Both the position numbers and the translations under genes were made by a program. A stretch of DNA of 64,000 bases from Calditrichia bacterium (GTDB taxonomy: Bacteria > Calditrichota > Calditrichia > JAJRVZ01), in NCBI GenBank assembly GCA_963796965.1, contig CAWCNS010000007.1:224001-288000 (forward strand), written 5' to 3'. This document shows positions 1 through 9,533 of this stretch, one piece after another (position 1 is the first letter of the stretch; each line of letters begins with the position of its first letter). The notes below the pieces were generated by a model, which searched no databases, was not told the origin of the DNA, and saw only the letters and a program-made list of their open reading frames with translations.

Positions 1-44
1 TGATTGAGATTAATAAAAAACAGAATACCAGACTACCCAGAATT

Positions 45-1193
45 ATGCTCGGTTTATTTAGTGGGATTGGCATATTTATGGTATTGGCCGGAATTATCCA
101 GTTGTTTATAGGTGAATTTGAAGCCTTTTTCGGATTAATATTTTCTGGTATAATCTTTTATGGATTAGGTTGGGCAGGTAGAAGGGTACTAGTGCCTCGG
201 GAAAAAGATACACCACCCGATATTGGCAAAATCGCCGGAACGATTTTTGGGGGTGTCGGATTGATTATTGTATTTAGCAGTATTTTGTTTTTTTTTGATG
301 GTGACCTTGAAAGTGGCTTTTTTATGTTTGCATTTGGGTCTGCTTTTACTGGGGCTGGTTATCTTGCATACAGATTGTTCCGGGTTCCGGTGGGGAAAAA
401 GGCTGTATTGGTAAATGAGCGAGTTCAAAATCTGCATGGAATGATAGGGCAGACCGGTCAACGCACAAGCCAGCAATATGTTTATGTGGATGAAAATACG
501 CATGATGATAAAATAGAGACAATAAGGGAAACCGTTTCTGACAAGCCCTGGACTCAAAGAAAGGACTGGGCTGAAGGAAAGATTATTCAAGTCGGAGCAA
601 AAAATCTCATTTTCCTTGTTGCTTTTACAATCATGTGGAATCTGATTGCTGGTGGAATTGCTGCTTTTGCGATGGCTGATGAATGGGGCGGGGGGGATAT
701 ACCCTGGCTAATACTGATATTTCCGGGCGTAGGCTTAATTTTGATCGTTGCAACAATTCGAACCTGGATACGACGAAAAAAATATGGCATTGGCATCCTA
801 AAATTGGATGAGGTGCCCGCCTGGCTTGGTGAGCGTTTGAAGGGTGTTGTAGAAACGGGTGTTTCGGCAGATAAGCAACCAGAAGGTGGATTTAAATTGC
901 GCTTGGTTTGTGTGGAACGAAATTCTTATCGTGATAGTGATGGAGATAAAAGCGTGAGAGAGAATGAACTGTGGCAGGAAGAACAACAAGTGTATGGATC
1001 TGTATCAAACAAGGATTTTACCTTTGCCCTTACGGTTTATTTTAATATTCCAGATCATCTGCCTCCTACCCGAATGATCCCGGCAGATGATCGCACCCTC
1101 TGGCGGGTTGAAGCATCTGCATCAACACCCGGTGTTAACTACGCAGCAAAGTTCGAGGTACCTGTGTTTGACAAATCCAATAATGTTGATTAA
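45..1193 (+). CDS. Hypothetical multi-pass membrane protein
   Basis: 382-aa ORF with about 6 hydrophobic segments and a soluble beta-rich C-terminus. Confidence 0.7.
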   Translation: MLGLFSGIGIFMVLAGIIQLFIGEFEAFFGLIFSGIIFYGLGWAGRRVLVPREKDTPPDIGKIAGTIFGGVGLIIVFSSILFFFDGDLESGFFMFAFGSAFTGAGYLAYRLFRVPVGKKAVLVNERVQNLHGMIGQTGQRTSQQYVYVDENTHDDKIETIRETVSDKPWTQRKDWAEGKIIQVGAKNLIFLVAFTIMWNLIAGGIAAFAMADEWGGGDIPWLILIFPGVGLILIVATIRTWIRRKKYGIGILKLDEVPAWLGERLKGVVETGVSADKQPEGGFKLRLVCVERNSYRDSDGDKSVRENELWQEEQQVYGSVSNKDFTFALTVYFNIPDHLPPTRMIPADDRTLWRVEASASTPGVNYAAKFEVPVFDKSNNVD

Positions 1194-1264
1194 TGTGCCA
1201 GATGTGCAACCCCTGCAGGCTTGATGTATATATGTGATATTGCTCATTCAAGATTTAATTTATC

Positions 1265-1290
1265 ACCACGAAGAACACGAAGAACACGAA
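1265..1290. repeat. 9-bp periodic repeat upstream of GxxExxY
   Basis: ACCACGAAGAACACGAAGAACACGAA. Confidence 0.75.
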
Positions 1291-1293
1291 AAA

Positions 1294-1665
1294 ATGAAAT
1301 TTGATAAATTATCTAAAAAGGTTCTTGGGTGTGCAATAAAAGTTCATAGAGAATTGGGACCCGGGTTGATGGAGTCTACATATGAACACTGTCTGGCTCG
1401 AGAACTCTCAATATCGAATATCAAGTTTGAAACGCAGGTACCTCTTCCAGTTTGTTATAAAGGTATAAAATTGAGATGCGGCTACAAATTAGATTTATTA
1501 ATCGATGAGCAAATAATAATTGAGATTAAATCGGTCGAAAGACTATTATCGATTCATGAGTCACAATTGCTTACCTATATGAAGTTATCAGGGATATCAA
1601 TAGGATTATTAATAAATTTTAATAAAAAACTTCTGAAAAATGGAATTAGGAGATTTGTTTTATAA
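1294..1665 (+). CDS. GxxExxY family protein (PD-(D/E)XK-like)
   Basis: GPGLMESTYEHCL motif, DLLID..IIIEIKSV and GLLINFN; ATG at 1294 preferred because the upstream extension is a 9-bp repeat. Confidence 0.9.
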   Translation: MKFDKLSKKVLGCAIKVHRELGPGLMESTYEHCLARELSISNIKFETQVPLPVCYKGIKLRCGYKLDLLIDEQIIIEIKSVERLLSIHESQLLTYMKLSGISIGLLINFNKKLLKNGIRRFVL

Positions 1666-1669
1666 AATT

Positions 1670-1696
1670 CTCCGTGTGTTACGTGTGCTCTGTGGT
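1670..1696. repeat. Inverted, degenerate 9-bp periodic repeat downstream of GxxExxY
   Basis: CTCCGTGTGTTACGTGTGCTCTGTGGT; the reverse complement has CAC at a 9-bp period. Confidence 0.65.
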
Positions 1697-1852
1697 AATT
1701 AAACAAACATTTCAATAAACTTTAGTTCTATGCTTTACAACCGAATAAATTAGAAATGATTTTATATTCTTTAAATATCTAATCTGCAAATTCAGACAAA
1801 CCATGTGATTAATGATAAAATTAAAGTTTCACTCTAACTATGGGATGAACTA

Positions 1853-2848
1853 ATGTATAAAAATAAGAATATCTTAGTAACAGGCGGGGCAGGTTATATC
1901 GGCAGCCATCTGGTCCAATTGCTTTGCGATAAAGGATATCCGGTGTATGTCTTTGATGATTTTTCGACCGGATTGCACGAAAACCTCGATGTCAGATTGA
2001 AAGGTGTTGTCGAGGGGAACATTTTGAGCAATGCTGACCTGGAAAAAGCATTTGACAATCAAATCCACACTGTTTTCCATTTTGCAGCGTTTAAGGCAGC
2101 CGGTGAGTCTATGACTGATCCGGGGAAATATGCCTGGAACAACATTGCCGGATCAATCAATCTTTTAAACGCTATGCTGAAATATGAGGCAAAAAACATT
2201 ATTTTCTCATCTTCTGCTGCCGTTTATGGTAATCCTCATTATATGCCTGTAGATGAAAAACATCCGGTTGAACCCGCTAATTATTATGGATATACCAAGT
2301 TAAATATTGAACATAATTTAGCCTGGTATAGTCAATTACGGGGGATTAACTATGCTGCTTTGCGTTATTTTAATGCCACTGGTTATGATGTTAAAGGAAA
2401 ATTGAAGGGTAAGGAAAAAAATCCGGCCAATTTATCGCCTGTTGTAATGGAAGTTGCGGCCGGTGAAAGAAAAGGCTTGCAGATCTTTGGTAATGATTAC
2501 GAAACCATCGATGGTACAGGTGTGCGGGATTATATCCATGTCTCTGATTTGGCTGAGGCCCATGTTTTAGCTATGGATTATATCATGAATGAAAATAGTG
2601 ATTTGCTTGTCAACTTGGGCACAGGACGCGGCTACTCTGTCTTAGAGGTGATTCAGGCGGCAGCAAAAGTTTCAGGCAAGGAAATTCCTTATGAAATCGT
2701 CGGGAGACGCGAAGGGGATCCTTCAGAATTAATCGCCAGTTCAAATCTGGCCAAAGAATTATTGGGCTGGACGGCCAAATATTCGGATATCGAGAATATA
2801 TTCAGAACAATGGTGCCGGTTTACTTGGGGAATGAAGCTATAGGATAA
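1853..2848 (+). CDS. galE: UDP-glucose 4-epimerase
   Basis: TGGAGYIGSH, YGYTK, LRYFN and GVRDYIHVSDLA motifs. Confidence 0.95.
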   Translation: MYKNKNILVTGGAGYIGSHLVQLLCDKGYPVYVFDDFSTGLHENLDVRLKGVVEGNILSNADLEKAFDNQIHTVFHFAAFKAAGESMTDPGKYAWNNIAGSINLLNAMLKYEAKNIIFSSSAAVYGNPHYMPVDEKHPVEPANYYGYTKLNIEHNLAWYSQLRGINYAALRYFNATGYDVKGKLKGKEKNPANLSPVVMEVAAGERKGLQIFGNDYETIDGTGVRDYIHVSDLAEAHVLAMDYIMNENSDLLVNLGTGRGYSVLEVIQAAAKVSGKEIPYEIVGRREGDPSELIASSNLAKELLGWTAKYSDIENIFRTMVPVYLGNEAIG

Positions 2849-3030
2849 AGGGAAAAAGTACAAGGGGAAAAGTGTTATACGTAATCCTGGTCTGTCGCCA
2901 GGGCAGGATTGTTTTAGCACCTCAGAAACAACGAAATTTTTATTGAAAATTATTTAGAACCCGAACCAAGTTCTCCGAAGGAGGCCTTTGGACAGTTTAA
3001 CTGCTTTGGTCAATAATATTCTCTTTAAAA

Positions 3031-3101
3031 TGTCATCCAGAAGGGATCTTCCTGATTACTTGATTGAATTTTATATGGAGGAAGATTCCTGCGGAATGAC
3101 A
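3031..3101. repeat. REP-like imperfect inverted repeat
   Basis: TGTCATCCAGAAGGGATCTTCCT ... AGGAAGATTCCTGCGGAATGACA; a related arm lies near 56000. Confidence 0.6.
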
Positions 3102-3147
3102 AACCTGGCTTATTATTTTTATCCTATTATCACTTACTTTCTCATTG

Positions 3148-4582
3148 CTACTTATATTTTTCCAGTAAGCCTGATAGTCGTTTCACAATCTCCGGGTGCT
3201 GTGAAGCTAAGTTGGTTGATTCTCCCGGATCATCGATAATATTATACAATTCCAAACCCTTATCTGCTTCTTCTTTTAACTTTTTTCAGCTTTTCTGAGT
3301 AACGCACAGACAGGCCACCATAGCCTGAACCAATGATTAATTTCCATTCTCCATCGATGACAATGTTGCTCATAATGATCATTTCCGGTCTTTGAACATA
3401 AGTGTTTTTCTCACCAAGCATAAGTGGCAGGAGAGAATGGCTGTCCGGACTATTCTTTGCAGAAAGCGAATCATTTACCATATCAGCAAATGTTGCAAGC
3501 ATATCAGTAAAACAGATCGCCTTATTAGTTGTACTACCGGATTTTATTTTTCCAGTCCAGCGGGTAATAAAAGGCATACGATGGGCGCCATCAAGCGCAT
3601 CGCCCTTCATACCACGCAGAATACCAACAGATTCGTGGCCATATTTCTCTTCATCTGCAGGATACCAGACCGGGCCATTGTCACTGGTAAAGATAACCAA
3701 GGTGTTCTGATCAAGGCCGAGTTGGTTCAATTTGGTCATAATCTGGCCAAGCGAATGGTCAACCTGGTTAACAAAGTCGCCATAAATTCCCGCCTTGCTT
3801 GAATTTTTAAATCTCTTTGTTGGCAGCCAGGGCGTATGTGGGGCGGCCAAAGGCAAATATAGAAAAAAGGGTTGCCCACTTTTGTGTTGTTCGATAAAAT
3901 CCAAAGCCTTGTTTGTAAAAACGGTCTGGACTTCTTCGTGCACAAATCCCGGTGCAATTTTTCCTGCCCGCCAAAAGGCCCCTTGAATTGGGGTCACACC
4001 TTCTGTAAAGCTGGCTTCAATGTCATCTGTCGGAGCAGCAACCACTTGGTTGTTTTTAATATAGTAATAGGGTGGTATATCTAAGGAGGCATGCATACCG
4101 AAAAACTCATTGAATCCGCGATCAAGTGGTCCGCCGGTAATCGGCTGGTAATAATCGATTTTATCGATATTATCAAATCCCAGATGCCATTTGCCGATAC
4201 AGGCAGTGTAGTAACCATTTTTTTGAAGTAACGATCCGATGGTGATTTGATCGGCTTCGATTTGGCTGCCGCTGCGATGCTTGGCCAGATCTGTGCGAAT
4301 GGCATAATTTCCTGTCATAAGTCCGTAACGCGTAGGCGTACACCAGGAGCCCGGGGAATGTGCATTGGTAAATTGTAACCCCTCTGCCGCCATACGATCT
4401 ATATTTGGTGTAGGAATTTTAGATTGGGGATTATAACAAGCCGCATCACCATATCCCATGTCATCAGCCATAATAAAAATAATGTTCGGTTTTGTTAGTT
4501 TTTCGCTTATTTCTGTCTGACAGGCTACAAAGAGAGTTAAAATCGTGGCCACTATCAGAAAAGCTGGTATTTTCTTTACCAT
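3148..4582 (-). CDS. Cys-type sulfatase (arylsulfatase A-like) lipoprotein; one apparent frameshift near 3275
   Basis: PNIIFIMADDMGYGD, CTPTR, GKWHLG, FTSDNG; the typical C-terminus ELYNIIDDPGESTNLA continues in another frame to a stop at 3148. Confidence 0.9.
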
Positions 4583-4694
4583 TTTATCACCCCTACATTG
4601 AATTGATATTAAAAAAGTATACAAGATTTAAGTGAATCTACCAACAGATATTTTTTATAATTCCATCTTTATATTGTAAGTTTAGATTTACTAT

Positions 4695-4952
4695 CATGAG
4701 TGTCCGGTTTAAAAGAAGAATCAATATTTTAACAAAAATCCTCATTTAAAAATCCCTTCTCTTCTTCATGAGAAGGGGCTCCTTAAAGTCCCTCTCTTTT
4801 CATCCCGTCCCGGAACGGGATCGCGTCTCGGGAAAGGAATCTTCGGGAAGGGTGAGTTCATTAAATCAAGTCCCCATGTTGGGAAATCTATTAATCCATT
4901 GGATATCTCGTTGTTTATAATTACATATCTAAATCTTAACCGGACACTTATG
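4695..4952. mobile_element. Non-autonomous MITE (258 bp) with terminal inverted repeats and a 9-bp target duplication
   Basis: TIRs CATGAGTGTCCGGTT / AACCGGACACTTATG (14/15 match); ATTTACTAT at both 4686-4694 and 4953-4961. Confidence 0.85.
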
Positions 4953-5173
4953 ATTTACTATAAAATAATAATATCTTGAAGATTTCAGTTTTGAAATATT
5001 TATTCGGATTAATTAAATTTTAATGTTATTGAGTATTATAATATATATTTCACGGATTTAAGTTATATAAACACAATTCTGGAATAAAAATTTACGGATT
5101 TTCATTTATATAATTTAAAATTGATAAGTTATATTAAATTTATATCAAAAAACATCACTATAAGGAGTTTAAA

Positions 5174-5728
5174 ATGAGGTTTTTAACTATTCTTGTCGTT
5201 TCGATGATGGCATTTTTTCTGATTCAATGCTCATCGATTACAGTAAAATCAGATTATGATCCGGAGTATGATTTTGCCAAATTTAAAACCTATCGCTGGG
5301 CTTCTGCTAAAGAAATGAATCCTGACGATGTTTTGGCAAAGAGCCCCCTGATCCTGAAGCGCGTTGTCACTGCTGTAGATGCTGAATTATCGAAGAAAGG
5401 TTTTACATTGTCCGAGTCCGGCGATGCAGATGTAGTTGTTCTTGCCCATGCCGGGATTAAACAGAAAACACAGGTCTATCAAACAGGTGGCAGTTATTAT
5501 CGGGGATGGTATGATCCTTATTGGGGACCTTATGGGGGGCAGACCTCAGTCAGTCAATATGAAGAGGGTACGCTCGTTATAGATATTATCGCCTGGGAGA
5601 CCAAAGAATTAGCCTGGCGTGGCATGGGAACTCAAATCATCGATGATAATGTTGCTACTGAAAAAATTACGCCTATAATTGATCAATGGGTTGCAAAGAT
5701 TTTAGTACAATTTCCTCCTAAAAAATAA
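5174..5728 (+). CDS. DUF4136-type lipoprotein
   Basis: Lipobox-like LIQC, DYD...DFAKFKTY, YEEGTLVIDI...LAWRG. Confidence 0.85.
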   Translation: MRFLTILVVSMMAFFLIQCSSITVKSDYDPEYDFAKFKTYRWASAKEMNPDDVLAKSPLILKRVVTAVDAELSKKGFTLSESGDADVVVLAHAGIKQKTQVYQTGGSYYRGWYDPYWGPYGGQTSVSQYEEGTLVIDIIAWETKELAWRGMGTQIIDDNVATEKITPIIDQWVAKILVQFPPKK

Positions 5729-5850
5729 TTTCCTGCGAATACGTGAGTTTAATTACTTGGCAGGATGAGAACAAAGATATTATATCACCCATGTAATTGT
5801 GGGTTAATATCTGTTTAGTATTTACAATTTAGAACTCACAATTAAATAAT

Positions 5851-5894
5851 AGCCTTCCGGATGTTAAATTAGCATCCTGGGAGGCTTTTTTATT
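5851..5894 (+). terminator. Rho-independent terminator (possible attenuator) upstream of thrB
   Basis: AGCCTTCCGGATG...CATCCTGGGAGGCT followed by a T-run. Confidence 0.7.
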
Positions 5895-5915
5895 AAAATT
5901 TATGTAAATTCTAAC

Positions 5916-6866
5916 ATGATTAATTCAAAGTTTAGCGAAATATCCATATTTTCACCTGCTTCTGTTGCAAATGTTGGCTGCGGCTTTGATATATTTGCTT
6001 TTGCACTAGAGGAGCCCGGTGACGAGATTCGCTTGAAGATTAAAAATGAACAAGGTGTTAAAATTACAAAAATTTCAGGAATTCCTTCTTTGCCACGTGA
6101 TTCTCAGAAGAACACCGCCAGCGTATCTTTAATGGCAATGTTAGAGTATATTGATGCGGATTTTGGTATTGAAATGGAAATTCACAAAAAGATGCCAATA
6201 AAAAGTGGTCTGGGATCCAGTGCTGCCAGTGCTGTGGGAAGTGTTTTTGCTCTTAATGAATTGCTGGAATTAAAACTTGGTAATGAGATTTTAATAAAAT
6301 TTGCCATGGAGGGTGAAAAAATTGCCAGTTATAATCAGGTTCATTTGGACAATATTTCCGCCTGTCTATATGGTGGTTTTATTTTGGCACGAAGTCAGGA
6401 TCCTGTCGACATAATATCAATTCCGGTGCCCGAGAATTTATTTTATGTCATTCTACATTCTCATATCGATATTGATACATCAGAGGCCCGGCAAATATTG
6501 CCAAAACTAATTACACTTCCCGGGGCAGTTGAGCAGTGGGCTAATACGGCAGCGGTAACGACAGCGCTTTTTACGGAAGATTATGAACTCTTGAAAAGAT
6601 CAATATCCGATACTATAATTGAACCGATCCGAGCGAGAGAGATTCCTTATTTTAAGGAGATGAAAAACACCTCCCTTAAAGCCGGTTCAGTCGGTTTTGG
6701 CGTCTCAGGTTCCGGTCCATCAGTTTTTGCCCTTGCTAAATCCGAAAACAGCGCGCAACATATTCAAAATGCCCTGGTTGGGATGTTCGAAAATAAAGAT
6801 TTGCCCTTTGATACATACACAGGTAGAATTAACACTCGGGGACCAAGGGTATTATTCAAAAGATAG
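5916..6866 (+). CDS. thrB: Homoserine kinase
   Basis: PASVANVGCGFD, PIKSGLGSSAAS, HLDN, SGSGPS GHMP motifs; adjacent to thrC. Confidence 0.93.
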   Translation: MINSKFSEISIFSPASVANVGCGFDIFAFALEEPGDEIRLKIKNEQGVKITKISGIPSLPRDSQKNTASVSLMAMLEYIDADFGIEMEIHKKMPIKSGLGSSAASAVGSVFALNELLELKLGNEILIKFAMEGEKIASYNQVHLDNISACLYGGFILARSQDPVDIISIPVPENLFYVILHSHIDIDTSEARQILPKLITLPGAVEQWANTAAVTTALFTEDYELLKRSISDTIIEPIRAREIPYFKEMKNTSLKAGSVGFGVSGSGPSVFALAKSENSAQHIQNALVGMFENKDLPFDTYTGRINTRGPRVLFKR

Positions 6867-7048
6867 AGAAAACAATGAGGTCAATGCCGGTTACCAGCAC
6901 ATGATAAATAATGTTCATCTTAAATAAGTATTCAATAGCCAATAATCAATATTCAATTTTCAAGTTTAATGATGACAAATTCTAACATTGAGACTTTACA
7001 TCAATATTAATTCCATTTATAATTCAAAAATTAAAATTTAAAATTATT

Positions 7049-8353
7049 ATGTATTATTACAGCACGAATAACCACAAACATCAGGTATCTTTCCGTGAAG
7101 CCGTCTTGAGTGGTCTTGCTCCGGACGGAGGCCTCTATATGCCTTCGGAGATACCAGAGCTCGGACTATCATTTATAGATTCCCTTGAAAAATTAACTTT
7201 TCCTGAAATGTCTTTTGAAATTGCCAGAAAATTTGTTGACAGGATATCAAAAAATGACTTACAAACCCTTATAGATAGAACAATTACCTTTAATGCCCCC
7301 CTTGTGCCTCTATCGGAACAAGTTGCGATTCTTGAATTATTTCATGGTCCAACCCTGGCTTTTAAGGACTTTGGTGCCCGGTTTTTGGCAAATATGATAA
7401 CCTATTTCAACCGCGATGAGAATCAAGAAATCGTTATTCTTGTTGCCACATCTGGCGATACGGGGAGTGCTGTGGCCCATGGCTTCTACAACTGTGAGGG
7501 AATTAAAGTAGGATTGCTCTATCCATCAGGAAAAGTCAGCAAGATACAGGAGCAGCAATTGACTACTCTAGGTAAAAATATTACTGCCTTTGAGGTCGAA
7601 GGCACGTTTGATGATTGCCAAAATTTGGTAAAAAAGGCATTTCTTGATCAGGATTTAAGAAATAAATATACACTTTCTTCAGCAAATTCAATCAATATCG
7701 CCCGGCTCATACCCCAAACATTCTATTACTTTAATGCTTTTGCCCAACAAAATAATAAAAATAATCCTATAATATTTTCTGTCCCCTGTGGAAATTTTGG
7801 CAATATAACTGCCGGTATTATTGCCTCTAAGATGGGATTGCCTGTCCACTTATTCTATTCTGCTCTAAACAGTAATAAAGTATTCGGAAATTATCTTAAA
7901 TCTGGTGAGTATGTACCTGCAAAGGCAATCAGAACTCTTTCAAATGCTATGGACGTTGGAAATCCCAGTAACTTTTCCCGTATTTCAGACTTATTCGATC
8001 ACCAGGTAGAAAAAGTAAGGGCTCGTTTAAAAAGTTATAGCGCGTCCGATGAAGAAACTCTGATGATCATAAAGGAGCTCTGGGAGAAATTTGGCTACAT
8101 TATTGATCCACACGGCGCTGTTGGATATGCTGCATGGAAAAACCTTCATCGACCTGAATTGGGTGATTCAACGACTATTATTTTGGAGACAGCGCATCCT
8201 TCAAAATTTATTGATGTCATGCCCGACAAGATAGCGAGTAAGATTGTAACTCCAAAAAGGTTGCAGCAGGCCCTGGATAAAACAAAAAAATCCACCAAAA
8301 TATCGGCTTCATTCGATCAGTTTAAATCTGAACTATTAAGTGGTTTATCTTGA
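7049..8353 (+). CDS. thrC: Threonine synthase
   Basis: GLAPDGGLY, ELFHGPTLAFKDFG, ATSGDTG, ETAHPSKF. Confidence 0.96.
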   Translation: MYYYSTNNHKHQVSFREAVLSGLAPDGGLYMPSEIPELGLSFIDSLEKLTFPEMSFEIARKFVDRISKNDLQTLIDRTITFNAPLVPLSEQVAILELFHGPTLAFKDFGARFLANMITYFNRDENQEIVILVATSGDTGSAVAHGFYNCEGIKVGLLYPSGKVSKIQEQQLTTLGKNITAFEVEGTFDDCQNLVKKAFLDQDLRNKYTLSSANSINIARLIPQTFYYFNAFAQQNNKNNPIIFSVPCGNFGNITAGIIASKMGLPVHLFYSALNSNKVFGNYLKSGEYVPAKAIRTLSNAMDVGNPSNFSRISDLFDHQVEKVRARLKSYSASDEETLMIIKELWEKFGYIIDPHGAVGYAAWKNLHRPELGDSTTIILETAHPSKFIDVMPDKIASKIVTPKRLQQALDKTKKSTKISASFDQFKSELLSGLS

Positions 8354-8430
8354 TCATTGATATAATCTCTCTTTCTGAAGAGACGATTTAAATAAAAGGA
8401 TGAATAATATCTATAACAGGAGATTTAAAA

Positions 8431-9282
8431 ATGGAATTTAATATGAATGAAACCAAACGGCGGGATTTTATTAAGTATCTCTCTGTTGGTGTTGGAGCAA
8501 CCTTTGTACCTTCTTTTTTAAGGTCTCAATCTTCAGGGACATCCAAATCAGAGAATGATATGCGACTTGGAATTGCCTCCTACACCTTTCGTAAGTTTTC
8601 TCTAGAAGATACACTCACAATGACCAAACAGTTAGATATTGATTGGATAGCATTAAAAAGTTTTCATCTTCCTATGGAAAGTACCAAAAAGGAAATCAAA
8701 GAAGTTGCAAAAACAGTTAAAAGTGCTGGAATAAAATTGTATGGTGCCGGTGTAATTTATATGAAGGACGCAGCACAGGTAAACCAGGCATTTGAATACG
8801 CAAGAACTGCCGGTATGAGCATTATTATTGGTGTGCCAGATCATCATCTTCTGCCGTTAGTAGAAAAAAAAGTTGAAGAATACGATATAAAGGTTGCTAT
8901 TCATAATCATGGCCCCGGCGATAAAAAATACCCCACACCTGAAAGCATAATGGACAAAATTGAAAAACTGGATTCAAGAATTGGAATTTGTATCGATATC
9001 GGTCATGTAAAAAGATATGGACTTGATCCGGTTGAAGAGATCAAAAAATATGGCGATAGAATTCATGATGTACATCTAAAAGATGTGGATTTTGCATCAA
9101 AAGATGGCGCGAGTATTGAGATGGGTAGGGGGATTATCGATATACCGGAAGTTCTAAGAACTCTAAAGAAAAAGAATTATAAAGGTGTTTTAGCTTTTGA
9201 ATATGAGAAAGATGCTGAAAATCCCCTTCCGGGCTTAGCAGAAACTGTAGGGTATACCAGAGGAGTTCTTTCTGTAATTTAA
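8431..9282 (+). CDS. Tat-exported sugar phosphate isomerase/epimerase (xylose isomerase-like TIM barrel)
   Basis: RRDFIK twin-arginine signal; IHNHG, DIGH, VHLKD and FEYE motifs. Confidence 0.85.
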   Translation: MEFNMNETKRRDFIKYLSVGVGATFVPSFLRSQSSGTSKSENDMRLGIASYTFRKFSLEDTLTMTKQLDIDWIALKSFHLPMESTKKEIKEVAKTVKSAGIKLYGAGVIYMKDAAQVNQAFEYARTAGMSIIIGVPDHHLLPLVEKKVEEYDIKVAIHNHGPGDKKYPTPESIMDKIEKLDSRIGICIDIGHVKRYGLDPVEEIKKYGDRIHDVHLKDVDFASKDGASIEMGRGIIDIPEVLRTLKKKNYKGVLAFEYEKDAENPLPGLAETVGYTRGVLSVI

Positions 9283-9533
9283 CTCAACCAGTAACTCAGA
9301 GTACATCACCTATTCCAACTTGAACATCCCCTGTTCATCATGCAGGTATAGTAGGAGAAAACCTGGATCAAATGACAAATATTATCCCAATCTCCTCCTT
9401 TTAATAGGAGGAGAATTGAGAATAGTTACTTTATTAGGTATTGCTGAATAATGATTATTGTGGCCGTTTGAACCTCCCATGATCTGAAATATTACTGTAA
9501 AATTTAACCGAAATATTTACATATGATGAGCAA

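Noticed and set aside
1234..1293. His/Glu-rich N-terminal extension (HHEEHEEHEK) on GxxExxY
   Set aside because: It is just the translation of the flanking 9-bp DNA repeat
2988..3239. 83-aa plus-strand ORF
   Set aside because: It overlaps the true sulfatase C-terminus on the opposite strand and a palindromic repeat
6930..6965. Heptamer-like CAATA repeats between thrB and thrC
   Set aside because: Too short and degenerate to support a call
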